Made by a program: the position numbers and the translations under genes
Notes under the pieces: model-generated
Told to the model about the DNA's origin: nothing
The model's input: the letters and a program-made list of their open reading frames with translations, nothing else
Database searches by the model: none
Origin: Moniliella sp. 'wahieum'
Lineage: Eukaryota
Assembly (NCBI GenBank): GCA_003971905.1
Contig: RSEE01000059.1
Coordinates: 124,001 to 188,000 of the forward strand
Direction: 5' to 3'
Length of the DNA stretch: 64,000 bases
Shown: positions 63,329 through 64,000 of the stretch, one piece after another
Numbering within the stretch: position 1 is the stretch's first letter
How the letters are laid out: each line of letters begins with the position of its first letter

Positions 63329-64000
63329 GGGCAGGACATGCCCCAGGGTGTAGGCGGGAGCGACGACGCAAGGAAGGCGGTGGTGGCGCCACAGCGATAA
63401 TTATGGCGCGTCTTGCGTTGGAGCTTAGCTTGAACGTTGAACGAACGTTGAACGCGCTGCTTGCGCGCAGCCATGGCACATCACGTGTGACATCACATCT
63501 CACAGTGTCATCACAGTGAGGCCGCCCAGCCATCGCTCCCAAATCCCATGGCGCGTGCGCCCAGGAATCGGAGATCACGTGAACCCCCCCTGGGAATCCC
63601 CGGAAGCCTGAGCCATGTTGCACCGATTGGGGCCATGCTTTCAGCGAGTGCCAAGCAGTCGCCAAGCGTAAATAAAGCGCTAATGCAGCTGCCGCGCGTG
63701 CGCGTGAATATTGAATCCCGGATGCCACGGATCACGTTGTCGTCAGTGTTGCTTGGGTGCTGTCCCAGGCCATCGCAGGGCCATCCCCTTGGAAATTGTC
63801 GGTGACGATTGGCGGCAATGGCGAGTCCAGGGGCAATGCCAGCGATCCCGGCGTCCCAGTCGCCGAATCCAGGCTCTTCGCTCTTAGATGCGTTCTTTTC
63901 TCGCACCAACTAGGGTGAAAGAGGGAGAGCAGGCCAGCATACGTACCCCTTCGTTTCGCCCTGCCTTGTGGCTTGCATGGTGCACGCAACACTCAACCGG

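Overview
A GC-rich eukaryotic window with short GT-AG introns, most consistent with a basidiomycete fungus (smut-like/Ustilaginomycotina is an inference). Nearly every conserved gene carries single-base indels, often in homopolymers, so the assembly looks like unpolished long-read sequence and CDS coordinates are reconstructed across frameshifts. From left to right: the 5' part of a Ty1/copia LTR retrotransposon (minus strand, cut by the window edge); Cys-type glutathione peroxidase; PER1/PGAP3; YIF1; an Ecl1-motif protein; an orphan ORF pair; FCF2; a formin-GBD-only (Rid1-like) protein; a membrane-anchored alpha/beta hydrolase; a HOL1-like MFS transporter; ribosomal protein P2; an LEA_2-like membrane protein; an orphan PPxY protein; an intron-containing tRNA-Phe; a PAK/Ste20 kinase; head-to-head HSP60/HSP10; enolase; a Rad26/ATRIP-like protein; aconitase; and an Mph1/FANCM helicase. 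The most notable observation is that the retrotransposon gag and pol are in the same frame, separated by a single UAG just before the protease, which is a candidate for programmed stop-codon readthrough. Its putative LTR carries tandem TGACTCA sites next to the GPx promoter. Intergenic regions repeatedly contain patches of short, overlapping palindromic tandem repeats.
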